From a virus: DNA of 36,805 bases. Numbering within the stretch: the first letter of the stretch is position 1; the number at the start of each line of letters is the position of its first letter. The stretch is from IMG/VR virus record IMGVR_UViG_3300037882_000860, positions 1 to 36,805 of that record; one strand, written 5' to 3'. Position numbers and translations under genes: made by a program. A model generated the notes under the pieces. The model ran no database searches. It worked only from the letters and a program-made list of their open reading frames with translations, and was not told the origin of the DNA. Shown here piece by piece: positions 13,912 to 21,970 of this stretch.

Positions 13912-14327
13912 TTTGTAACGCCTTTCGTTTTCTCATAGGTGCGCATGCCACCTAGCCCCAGCATACCAAAAAGCACTGTGTTTAATGCTTCCATGTCGAA
14001 CATTGGTAAAACCACCTTATGCCCTGCCGAGGCCATCAGAAACGCTAAAAGGGGCTGTAGAACGAAGTGGTAAGCGAATGCGGTGCCACATACCCACCCA
14101 AGCCAAGGCCTCCACCCAGAAACAAACACGGAAGCGCTGGCCGCCTCTGTCTTGTTTATCTCCATTTGGCCTTGGTCAGCTTGCAGGGCGAGCGTCATTT
14201 CTTGCAAGGCTTGCTGGTTTTCTTCCTTCTTCAACTCAAGCAATGCTTTGGCTTTCGCCTGCGGGTCGGGGATGAATTTGTCAAAGAGTTTCTCAACAAC
14301 TGGGAGCAGCGCGAGTAATGGCATCAT
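13908..14327 (-). CDS. holin, GTA_holin_3TM (DUF3154)-like
   Basis: QMEINKTEAASASVFVSGWRPWLGWVCGTAFAYHFVLQPLL matches the family signature (N..EA...F.aGWRP.GWvc). Adjacent to the endolysin. Confidence 0.7.
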   Translation of the reverse strand: MMPLLALLPVVEKLFDKFIPDPQAKAKALLELKKEENQQALQEMTLALQADQGQMEINKTEAASASVFVSGWRPWLGWVCGTAFAYHFVLQPLLAFLMASAGHKVVLPMFDMEALNTVLFGMLGLGGMRTYEKTKGVTK

Positions 14328-14758
14328 GCGAATATCCTCGTTCCTTCTTTGTCTATGGTTAAAGCCTGCAACCTAGGCGGCGTGGTAGGGGATTGGGGGA
14401 TGGAAATATGAACCCATGAATTAAACTCTTTTATAACTTGGTCGTATGGAAGCCCTGCTTCGATAATTATCTGGACGGTTTCGTCAACGGTCAATCCCTT
14501 GGCGGTGAAATCAGCGGCCAGACCCATTGTGTGTTGTGACTTCTTAGCTCCTCCCACAGCGACATTGAGAGCTGGACTGCGATAGCCTGAAGAAATAATA
14601 ATTGGAGCGGCACATACATCGCGAACATCCTCCAAAAGAGCGCATAGGCGCTTGAGGTTGCGAAACACATCCTCATTAGGCGTGTTGTCTATCCCCCTCC
14701 TAGCCGCCGTTTGGCTAAAGGTTAGCTCTTCAAGGGTGAAGTTTTTTGATAGATTCAT
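14324..14758 (-). CDS. endolysin, peptidase M15 (zinc D-Ala-D-Ala carboxypeptidase/L-Ala-D-Glu peptidase-like)
   Basis: NFTLEELTFSQTA...SGYRSPALN...SQHTMGLAADF...WVHIS. ATG 14758 (ATGA overlap) preferred over the track start. Confidence 0.85.
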   Translation of the reverse strand: MNLSKNFTLEELTFSQTAARRGIDNTPNEDVFRNLKRLCALLEDVRDVCAAPIIISSGYRSPALNVAVGGAKKSQHTMGLAADFTAKGLTVDETVQIIIEAGLPYDQVIKEFNSWVHISIPQSPTTPPRLQALTIDKEGTRIFA

Positions 14759-14946
14759 GCCAATGCAATCCCTATCGCTACAAAAACAAAAAACCAAAGC
14801 AGGGCTATAGCCCTGTAGATACCAATCAGCGCCTCGGCTATTTCGTCAATTGGCTCTTCCAAGCCCTTTATGCGCTTGTTGTAAATCCTTAGAATTGAGC
14901 GAATGCCGCTAATCTTTTGCTGCGTTCTACCAAGTGTGGGCTTCAT
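14755..14946 (-). CDS. 63-aa tail-anchored membrane protein (lysis-cassette accessory)
   Basis: C-terminal TM IALLWFFVFVAIGIALA; immediately upstream of the endolysin. Confidence 0.5.
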   Translation of the reverse strand: MKPTLGRTQQKISGIRSILRIYNKRIKGLEEPIDEIAEALIGIYRAIALLWFFVFVAIGIALA

Positions 14947-15100
14947 AAATACCGACCTCTCCTAAAGCGGCAATAGAAAGCCCAGCGTGATACTTGGCCT
15001 CTACCGCCATTTCGGTTGCAACTTGCACATAGGCGCCAAGCCCAAGGGCAAAAAGGCCGTTAAGCATTAGAATTATTACACATGCGATATTTGTCATCAT
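14927..15100 (-). CDS. 57-aa N-terminal-TM membrane protein
   Basis: MMTNIACVIILMLNGLFALGLGAYV.... ATGA overlap with the upstream stop. The longer 119-aa track ORF is rejected. Confidence 0.45.
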   Translation of the reverse strand: MMTNIACVIILMLNGLFALGLGAYVQVATEMAVEAKYHAGLSIAALGEVGIYEAHTW

Positions 15101-15324
15101 TTGTTGTACTCTGCTGCTATGAATGCTTTTACAGCGGCCTCCACCCCATTGAAATGCTCTGATAACCAGACACCAATACCAACCATAGAAGCCCACACGC
15201 TCACAAGCACCGTTGTACACCGCAGCATGACAAACCCCTGCGTTGCCTTCTCCACGGCCTCTTGCTTCTCTTGCTCGTGTTTCCATGCTAAAAGCTCCTC
15301 GACCTTCTCACTGTCCTTTGACAT
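15097..15324 (-). CDS. 75-aa membrane protein
   Basis: MSKDSEKVEELLAWKHEQEK... followed by TM VLVSVWASMVGIGVWL. SD GGAGATGG before ATG 15324. Confidence 0.5.
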   Translation of the reverse strand: MSKDSEKVEELLAWKHEQEKQEAVEKATQGFVMLRCTTVLVSVWASMVGIGVWLSEHFNGVEAAVKAFIAAEYNK

Positions 15325-15325
15325 C

Positions 15326-15577
15326 TTACCATCTCCATATGCCAAGTTCATCCTTATACCACATTCCGTAAGCTTTAGGATGGAGCACAAGCACTACAAA
15401 GGATAGCATAAGCCACCAGCTCCATTTGTACTTTGTAGCCATCTTCCACGCCACCATTAAGTCAGCCACCGTCTTAGGCATATCCCTCAACACATACCTT
15501 AAATCATGCCAATCGCACTCCTCCGCGAAGTGCTTATTAAACCATGGCTTGAGATATGAGGGGACGGTGCAATGCAT
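15326..15577 (-). CDS. 83-aa membrane protein with an HD..Y...AD motif (DUF1353-like?)
   Basis: ECDWHDLRYVLRDMPKTVADLMV, then TM WSWWLMLSFVVLVL. The family assignment is from memory only. Confidence 0.35.
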   Translation of the reverse strand: MHCTVPSYLKPWFNKHFAEECDWHDLRYVLRDMPKTVADLMVAWKMATKYKWSWWLMLSFVVLVLHPKAYGMWYKDELGIWRW

Positions 15578-15578
15578 G

Positions 15579-15845
15579 TTACGCCACCGTCAATGTCATG
15601 GTGGTTAAATCAAGCGCTGCTTCGGTTTGTGCTTTTGCTGCCGCTGCCGCCGCATCTTTCGCTTGGTTGATATTATACGCCTCAACGGATTGCATAATGA
15701 ATGCACGCAGTACATCCCGTGCCTTATGCTCCTGCGTTTCTGTGGATTCAGCAGTCCAGCCGTTTTGTTTTACGAACGCATCCATTGCTGCGTCAATAAC
15801 GGTTCCATCACCAGTGATAGCAAGGTTTATGGTTTTATCGGTCAT
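15579..15845 (-). CDS. 88-aa hypothetical protein
   Basis: ORF track; follows the tail-fibre genes. Confidence 0.55.
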   Translation of the reverse strand: MTDKTINLAITGDGTVIDAAMDAFVKQNGWTAESTETQEHKARDVLRAFIMQSVEAYNINQAKDAAAAAAKAQTEAALDLTTMTLTVA

Positions 15846-15982
15846 TGTTCTTCTCCTTTAGGTTGGCGCTTGGCAAGCTCCTGCTCGATAAGCGCGAGGT
15901 TGTTTTGTGCGGCGTTGAGCATTTTTACTTGCTCGTAGCCCAGTGCTTTTAAAGCTTCTTCAGTCAGTTGTGTTAAGTCCAT
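15842..15982 (-). CDS. 46-aa coiled-coil mini-protein
   Basis: TAATG overlap with the fibre stop and ATGA overlap downstream. [46 protein letters not shown]. Confidence 0.4.
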   Translation of the reverse strand: MDLTQLTEEALKALGYEQVKMLNAAQNNLALIEQELAKRQPKGEEQ

Positions 15983-17841
15983 TATGCAGCTCCCAGTGTT
16001 GTTACAGTTCCCGATGACCCTCGGTATTTCAAAGCGCCACCTTCAACATAAAGAACGCCGCCAGATGTCGGGTTGGTGGTTGGTACGGTGGTTGCGTTCC
16101 CAATGCCCACTACGCCAACACCATCACTAAACGCTGTGATTCCATTGACTTGAAGATTTCTCAATATCAAGTCACGATATGTCCCAGCGGTTCCGTTATT
16201 AATCTGTATAAGGCCAGCAGCGCTTCGTGATATGGCAACATCTGGCGCGGCAATACTGTTAGAAGGGCTGAAATTGTATTTTGCACTGGGGCCAACTGTT
16301 ACGCCGCCTGATTGCAGTGAGCATCCGGTAGAAGTTCCCGCACCATAAGAAAGCCTTGTAGATGTCACCGCCGTAGTAGTAGTTGCGCCAACATAAAAGT
16401 TTCCATCAGAACCTATAAATGATAACATAGTACCCGCACTATTCTGCCACTCCGTCAAATTAGCCGTCTGGGAAGCTGCACCTCGAATAACAGCGCCAAT
16501 AGTCCCAGCCGCCCCAGAGAAAACACCAAACTGACCGATTGGGGTTGATGTGTTTACACCAACTAGCCCAGCGGCTGTCAAATGCAGCCTATTCACGTTG
16601 CTGGTTCTAAATTCAAGTGGCACTGCGGATATTTGGGAGATGTAAGATAAGCTGGTGCTACACTGAAACCACAACCTATGGGTGGCATCATTCTCAAGCT
16701 GAAAGCGTGCGCTGTTTCCAAACACATGTAGAGCGCATGCAGGAGCTATGCCTGCACCAAGCCGCCCAGTTGCATCAAAGGCACCAAGGACAGTCCCCGC
16801 GCTGTTTTGCCATTCTGTAAGGTTGCCCGTCTGTGATGCAGCTCCTTTGATGGTAAACGGTATTCTAGCCGCGCCTGATGAAACAATGCGTACGTCATAG
16901 TTGACACCAGAGACATGTAGCCCTACCGATGAAGTCCCAACTTGCAAGGCTGACGATGCCCCACTATTGCCAGCATTAGTAATCGCAACTGAGGCATTGC
17001 CTGTGGTGTTTGAGAAAGTTGCGTTGCCCGTTGAACCTATATCTGCAACCACTGTCCCTGCAGAAGTTCTCCATTCCGACAATGCCGCAGTTTGCCCAGC
17101 AAAAGCTTGGAAAATGGATACAATATCGCCAGTTGCTAAAGAGGCGGCATGTAACCGAGCCGCTGGACTCGCCGTGCCAATACCTAGCCGATTATTCGTG
17201 TCATCCCAAAATAGGTTTGCATCAGCACCAAACGCCCCTGCGTTGTTGAATTGGACTTGACCAGTGGACCCTGCGGGGGTTCCGCCGCCGCCGCCACCAA
17301 CAATGCTAATCGTCTTTGTGGCATAATCTACGCTTACGTCAGAAGGATTGAAGAAGTTGGCAATATCCTTAAAGCGAATACCACCGCCACCACGAACATT
17401 GGTAACAGCTTCCCCTGCCTTTGGAATTGTAAATAATGGTTGCCATGCCTCATCACCGGCGTATCTCCATGACACCATATCTTCAGAGGATTTAAGCTCT
17501 ACTTCCCTACCAGATGGAAGGGTAAATTGTTTCGTTTGACCGTCCGTCAACTCAATCTTTATCTTGTCAGGCGATGGCTGTTTAATATCCTTGATACCTG
17601 TGCCGTCTACACCTTTAGCGCCATCCTTACCATCTTTGCCGTCTTTGCCGTCTTTGCCGTTTAATCCGTCCTTACCATTAATGCCATCCTTACCGTCAAT
17701 TCCATCGCGTCCGTCCTTACCATCAATTCCATCTTTTCCATCTACGCCGTCAACACCATCAAAAGTCACTTTCATAGTGCGCTCTTTTATTTTCGCTTCT
17801 TTCTCGTACTTCTTAGTTTCAGGGTTGTATGTGATTGGCAT
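15982..17841 (-). CDS. tail fibre with N-terminal collagen-like (G-X-Y) region and threefold internal repeat
   Basis: [19 protein letters not shown]...[13 protein letters not shown]. Three copies of the ..QT..L(T/S)EW(Q/R).SAGT.. motif. Position after the internal virion proteins. Confidence 0.8.
   Translation of the reverse strand: MPITYNPETKKYEKEAKIKERTMKVTFDGVDGVDGKDGIDGKDGRDGIDGKDGINGKDGLNGKDGKDGKDGKDGAKGVDGTGIKDIKQPSPDKIKIELTDGQTKQFTLPSGREVELKSSEDMVSWRYAGDEAWQPLFTIPKAGEAVTNVRGGGGIRFKDIANFFNPSDVSVDYATKTISIVGGGGGGTPAGSTGQVQFNNAGAFGADANLFWDDTNNRLGIGTASPAARLHAASLATGDIVSIFQAFAGQTAALSEWRTSAGTVVADIGSTGNATFSNTTGNASVAITNAGNSGASSALQVGTSSVGLHVSGVNYDVRIVSSGAARIPFTIKGAASQTGNLTEWQNSAGTVLGAFDATGRLGAGIAPACALHVFGNSARFQLENDATHRLWFQCSTSLSYISQISAVPLEFRTSNVNRLHLTAAGLVGVNTSTPIGQFGVFSGAAGTIGAVIRGAASQTANLTEWQNSAGTMLSFIGSDGNFYVGATTTTAVTSTRLSYGAGTSTGCSLQSGGVTVGPSAKYNFSPSNSIAAPDVAISRSAAGLIQINNGTAGTYRDLILRNLQVNGITAFSDGVGVVGIGNATTVPTTNPTSGGVLYVEGGALKYRGSSGTVTTLGAA
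17596..17757 (-). repeat. collagen-like G-X-Y coding repeat; includes tandem 9-bp units (gtctttgcc) around 17631-17660
   Basis: 18 consecutive Gly-X-Y triplets (residues 29-82) in the translation. Perfect 9-bp tandem copies visible in the DNA. Confidence 0.85.
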
Positions 17842-17844
17842 AAA

Positions 17845-19575
17845 TTATCCCGGATATACTGTTATTCTTACTTCGCCACGAGCGCCAGCGCCTGCTGAAC
17901 CCGCCGCCGCACCACCAGCACCAATAGTAATAGTCTCTGTGGCCCCCATAGCACTCAAGGCAACCCAACGATGTCTAAAAGAGCCTCCGCCTCCACCACA
18001 GCCCCCAAGCCCTGATGAGCCCCCTCCAGCGGGGGCGCTTCCAGCTGCAGCTCCTGTACCACCCGCCCCTGCATATACTGAATTTCCTGCGTTTCCATAT
18101 AATGTGTTGTGCCCAGCACCACCACCGCCTCCATAAATAGAGCTTGCTCCATTTTTGATTTCAGCTGTAGCGCTGCTGCACCCACCACCACCACCAGTAT
18201 AATACCCGCCACATGGTACTAAGCCGGTGACTGCGCCGCGACCTTCCACACCAAACTCTGATGTACCGCTGCTGGTGCCAGACCCAGTGACACCGCCGCC
18301 GCCGCCACCGCCGGCAGAAGCAGACGTGCTAGACTGACCACCGCCCCCACCATGGGCGCTTAACAATGAGCCAACAGTAGTTGTTCCTCCAGATGTGCCG
18401 GTACTCCCACTGGCGGCTGATGCACCACCACCACCAGCACCCCAAGCCTCGATTAAAACCCTAGAGGTTGAAGCGAACGTGCCCGGCTTTGTCCATGTTC
18501 CAGAAGTTGTGAATGTTTGAGAATCAGCGGCCACTGTAGCCGATGCAGTCCATGACGGATTAGCCCCAGCGCCATTTGTTTTCAATAAATATCCACTTGT
18601 TCCTGCTGCAAGCCTTACCCAGTCAGTACCATTGTAATACATAATGTCGCCCTGAGCATCAGAGCCAAGGGCAATCTTATCACCGGTAATTGTATTGGCA
18701 GCAATCTTCGCACCAGTAATAACACCGTTATCAATCGTCCACGTTGCACCTGATGCAGAAACCGTGATGTCACCTTTGTCACCGTCAGTTACGCTACCAG
18801 ATGGGCCAGTGGGGCCAGTAGCACCGGGAGGGCCAGAAACAAAGATATTCCAGCTTGTTTTTGTACCTGAGCCGCCAGTTGCCGTTACGTTTAACGTAAG
18901 CGTAGTTGTTGAATAGGCCGTTACTTGACCAATCATGTAATTAGAGGCACTGGCAGAATCCACAACCAACAACCAGCTACTAACGTTAAAGTATTTGTTA
19001 GCCTGCGTTGTGAAAGTTTTCGTGCCTGTTCCGATAGAGTTTGAAGAAACAGATGTGCCTAAGAAATTATTGTCTGTGCTTACAGTGTAGTTTTGAAGCC
19101 CAGTAGCCCCAGAGTTCCAACCAATCAGTTTGCTACCTTCTGGGGTAGGAAGCTCTAAATCTGTGATAGTAGAGGTATCAGGAAGTGTTGGTGATTTATC
19201 AACATCCCTGCGCAACTGTTGAATTTGCTGGGTTGTTAGGTCAAACTCACGGTTAAGCGTTGCTGCGAATAGGTCGCCAGCTTGGGTGAAATCAGTGGTG
19301 CGCGCTTCTGGTACGTTTAAAAGTAGTGTATACACATCGCCAGCTTGAGCAGCGCTAACGAGCAGAGCTGTGCCACCAGCGGAAACCTCTAGCTGGTCAT
19401 CGGCGATATTATAAGCAGAACCCAAGGTTAGCGTCTCTGTTACACCGCTACGAGTACGAATAATTTGAAGGTGCGCTTTCTCGTAAATCGGGAAGTCGAA
19501 GTCGAGTTCGGTTTCACCGCCAACAGCCGTGATGGAAACAAAGCCATCATTAGGATTTATTACTGTATCAACCAT
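17845..19575 (-). CDS. tail fibre / tail spike-like protein with a short collagen-like stretch and a glycine-rich C-terminal domain
   Basis: GPPGATGPTGPSG. The C-terminal ~200 aa are dominated by GGGG/GSG runs and end ..GARGEVRITVYPG. Located after the internal virion proteins. Confidence 0.7.
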   Translation of the reverse strand: MVDTVINPNDGFVSITAVGGETELDFDFPIYEKAHLQIIRTRSGVTETLTLGSAYNIADDQLEVSAGGTALLVSAAQAGDVYTLLLNVPEARTTDFTQAGDLFAATLNREFDLTTQQIQQLRRDVDKSPTLPDTSTITDLELPTPEGSKLIGWNSGATGLQNYTVSTDNNFLGTSVSSNSIGTGTKTFTTQANKYFNVSSWLLVVDSASASNYMIGQVTAYSTTTLTLNVTATGGSGTKTSWNIFVSGPPGATGPTGPSGSVTDGDKGDITVSASGATWTIDNGVITGAKIAANTITGDKIALGSDAQGDIMYYNGTDWVRLAAGTSGYLLKTNGAGANPSWTASATVAADSQTFTTSGTWTKPGTFASTSRVLIEAWGAGGGGASAASGSTGTSGGTTTVGSLLSAHGGGGGQSSTSASAGGGGGGGVTGSGTSSGTSEFGVEGRGAVTGLVPCGGYYTGGGGGCSSATAEIKNGASSIYGGGGGAGHNTLYGNAGNSVYAGAGGTGAAAGSAPAGGGSSGLGGCGGGGGSFRHRWVALSAMGATETITIGAGGAAAGSAGAGARGEVRITVYPG

Positions 19576-19612
19576 TTGCGCCCCCTAGTGGTAGAACCTA
19601 CCACATGTTGTG

Positions 19613-21970
19613 TTATTTGTAAAACAATTCTTGTCCGTAAGTTTTCTCTAAATTGCGTTCCATCCGGCGTAAATAGCCGGGGTTTAACTGTTCTTGAATC
19701 GGCATTAAGAAAAGGTGTTCCATAGCGGGACGAACGTAGAACAGATTATTCCCCGGTATCATTCCCGTAGCCGTTCTAAGTGCTGCCGCTTCTGCAAACT
19801 CACCCTTCTTTGCTTCACTATATATTTTCATTAAATCGTCAAATGTGCCAATTGATGGGCCTAGCAGAGCAGATGACACAGGTCGCCCAAATGAACCATC
19901 TTGTAAAAGCACATCCCCAACAATGCCAAAGCCACCAGCTTGAGCCAGAGCCGCATAAATAGTTTCTGGCTTGGTTGGGTCTTTTGGCGTTCTGCCCTTA
20001 ATCAAGTCCTTTGCCGCGCCGATACCATAACCTATAACCGCACTCATTATTGCGAGCTGAATCATCGCAGGGATGTCAGCCTTGCCCTTACCATAAAGAG
20101 CTTGCCCCCATACCTTTGTTACCATTGTAATTGGGAAGGTCTTAAACTGCATGGCCAAGCGGGTAAACTCACCTATTGGCGTTCCTGCTTGCGTTCCGAA
20201 GGTAGCAAGCCTGCGCTCGGTTGCACCCGGCTCTGGCACTGCGCTGTAACCCCTATCCGTAAAGTAACCAATCAGTTTTGCGGCCAACTCATCATTAAGA
20301 CCTTCTGAAACGATATACTCACGGCCATCGTCTAACTGCTTAACATTCGCCCTGAACGCATCCCAATCCGCCTCTTTAATGTTATAGTTCCCAAATAGCC
20401 GCTTTGTGTCGGCATCTAAATCCTTAAACGAAGCGGCCTTCTTAACGGCTAATTCGTGGGATGTAACCCGCATAAACGCTTGGCGCGCGCTGTCTGTCCA
20501 CCATGTTTGTCCATTTAACTTAAAGAATGTACGTTGAAGTTTTGCAGCTTTAGACTTCAGGTCGTCTACAGCACCCCAACGACTTCCTAAGTCGCCAACC
20601 ATGCTTTCAAGATAAACGCCCATGTAATTAGAAAACTCTATACGGTCTTTCTTTGACTTAAACCCATACCCCACGTCCTGAAAGGTTTGCGCCCATGAAG
20701 ATAGGATTGTTTTGCCTTGGTGTTGGTAGGTTAATGCCCGTGGCAACACGTCCGAGAATGAAGAAAGAAGTGCGCCACCAAGTTTTGTCACATTCTGAAA
20801 TGCACGGATATTCCCACCCCATTTATTTAGTGACGGTCTAGCTGGGTGGTTTAATTTACCCATAGCATAATCAATCATGCTTTGAACTGAGCTATCCACT
20901 CCTTCGGTTCCAGCGTCAGCGAGATTGCTTCTTTGCCCGCCCATAAACTCACTGGCTACGGTTTTAAGCATCGCTTCGGGATTTGTTCCAAACCGCTTTA
21001 GCATGGCAAGTTGATTGCTCTGGTGCATTACCGAGTCAATAAATCCATCCTGTAAATTCTTAAGCCCGTAGGTTTCGTTCCACTTCTTCCATGAGGAATA
21101 ATCTTTGAAATGTAATTTACGAGAGCGAGATAGCTTTTTAGCTAGATTAGAAGGGCCACTGAACTGAAACAACTTGGCATCCATGTCAATGCTGTTGTCT
21201 TGGCGGATACCCGTCAGCATCGCATCATACGCGCCCCGTAGGGCATCAAACAGGTCGTCGTAATCCCCACCAAAGGTTTTGTCTTGGTCGAGTAGCTCAA
21301 GCATGTCATTCGCCCACTTATCACGCCCAGCCGCTTTCATCGCTGATAGGTCGTGACGTTGTGGCATCATGTAACTAGGGAGTTTCTCAATATCAGCACC
21401 AGCCTCATTTAATGCCAACCGTAGACGTTCCTGTGAGTCGTGCAGTATTTCTGCCATGCGCTGAGTTTGTTTGTTTCCTGCCGTGGGTTTCTCACCGCGT
21501 GAAATATCCCACAAAGCCGCGCCTATTTCGTCGTTAAACTGGCCGCTGTTATAAGCCTCGATTAGATTCTCTTTGTAGAGGTTCTTAATAAAACGGCTAA
21601 GGTGAAGCTGTTGTAAAGCTGTGGTTGCGGCATCGAGCGAGTCTTTCGCACCAGTAGCCGCTGAGTTCACACCTTCTAGAATAGCCTTCATTGCCTCTTT
21701 AGGCTCTAGCCCTTGGTCAACCAAGTCGTTTAACTGACGCTTAAGAGTAGTTTTAACAACCAGATTCCGCGCCATGTTTAGTTTTTCTTTGGCTACGTTT
21801 CTAGCGACAATCTCCGAGCGCTCTTTGACAATGGCGTTTACGGCTTCCTCCTTGTCAAATCCAGCCGTGACGAGCTTCTTCGTCATTCTGTCGATTTGAG
21901 CAAGCAAGTCCTTTGCCTCTGAGGGTTTAAGGCCGCCTTGTTCTGCAATACGTTTTACACAATCTCTCAT
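19613..21970 (-). CDS. large internal virion / DNA-ejection protein (gp16-position), 785 aa
   Basis: Size and position in the T7-like order. Hydrophobic segments near the C-terminus. ATG 21970 (TAATG overlap) preferred. Confidence 0.55.
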   Translation of the reverse strand: MRDCVKRIAEQGGLKPSEAKDLLAQIDRMTKKLVTAGFDKEEAVNAIVKERSEIVARNVAKEKLNMARNLVVKTTLKRQLNDLVDQGLEPKEAMKAILEGVNSAATGAKDSLDAATTALQQLHLSRFIKNLYKENLIEAYNSGQFNDEIGAALWDISRGEKPTAGNKQTQRMAEILHDSQERLRLALNEAGADIEKLPSYMMPQRHDLSAMKAAGRDKWANDMLELLDQDKTFGGDYDDLFDALRGAYDAMLTGIRQDNSIDMDAKLFQFSGPSNLAKKLSRSRKLHFKDYSSWKKWNETYGLKNLQDGFIDSVMHQSNQLAMLKRFGTNPEAMLKTVASEFMGGQRSNLADAGTEGVDSSVQSMIDYAMGKLNHPARPSLNKWGGNIRAFQNVTKLGGALLSSFSDVLPRALTYQHQGKTILSSWAQTFQDVGYGFKSKKDRIEFSNYMGVYLESMVGDLGSRWGAVDDLKSKAAKLQRTFFKLNGQTWWTDSARQAFMRVTSHELAVKKAASFKDLDADTKRLFGNYNIKEADWDAFRANVKQLDDGREYIVSEGLNDELAAKLIGYFTDRGYSAVPEPGATERRLATFGTQAGTPIGEFTRLAMQFKTFPITMVTKVWGQALYGKGKADIPAMIQLAIMSAVIGYGIGAAKDLIKGRTPKDPTKPETIYAALAQAGGFGIVGDVLLQDGSFGRPVSSALLGPSIGTFDDLMKIYSEAKKGEFAEAAALRTATGMIPGNNLFYVRPAMEHLFLMPIQEQLNPGYLRRMERNLEKTYGQELFYK

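Noticed and set aside
13985-14376. Three overlapping plus-strand ORFs (83-97 aa) opposite the holin gene
   Set aside because: Antisense to a gene with a clear GTA-holin signature. The translations are Pro/Arg/Ser-rich noise.
14927-15286. 119-aa minus-strand ORF, and plus-strand ORFs 15101..15406, 15426..15608, 15556..15861 and 15627..15938 in the lysis and post-fibre region
   Set aside because: These overlap the better-supported chain of ATGA-coupled small genes. Only the last 57 codons of the 119-aa ORF (from ATG 15100) fit that chain. The plus-strand ORFs are antisense, with Cys/Ser-rich translations.
16440-16480. Near-matches to the Neisseria DNA uptake sequence (GCCGTCTGgg at about 16454-16463), considered as a host clue
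   Set aside because: It is not an exact DUS (GCCGTCTGAA), and I found no exact copies by eye. This is insufficient for a host call.
17564-18136. 190-aa proline/serine-rich ORF on the plus strand
   Set aside because: It is the reverse complement of the collagen-like and glycine-rich coding repeats of the two fibre genes (GGN codons read as NCC). It has no SD and lies entirely inside well-supported minus-strand genes.
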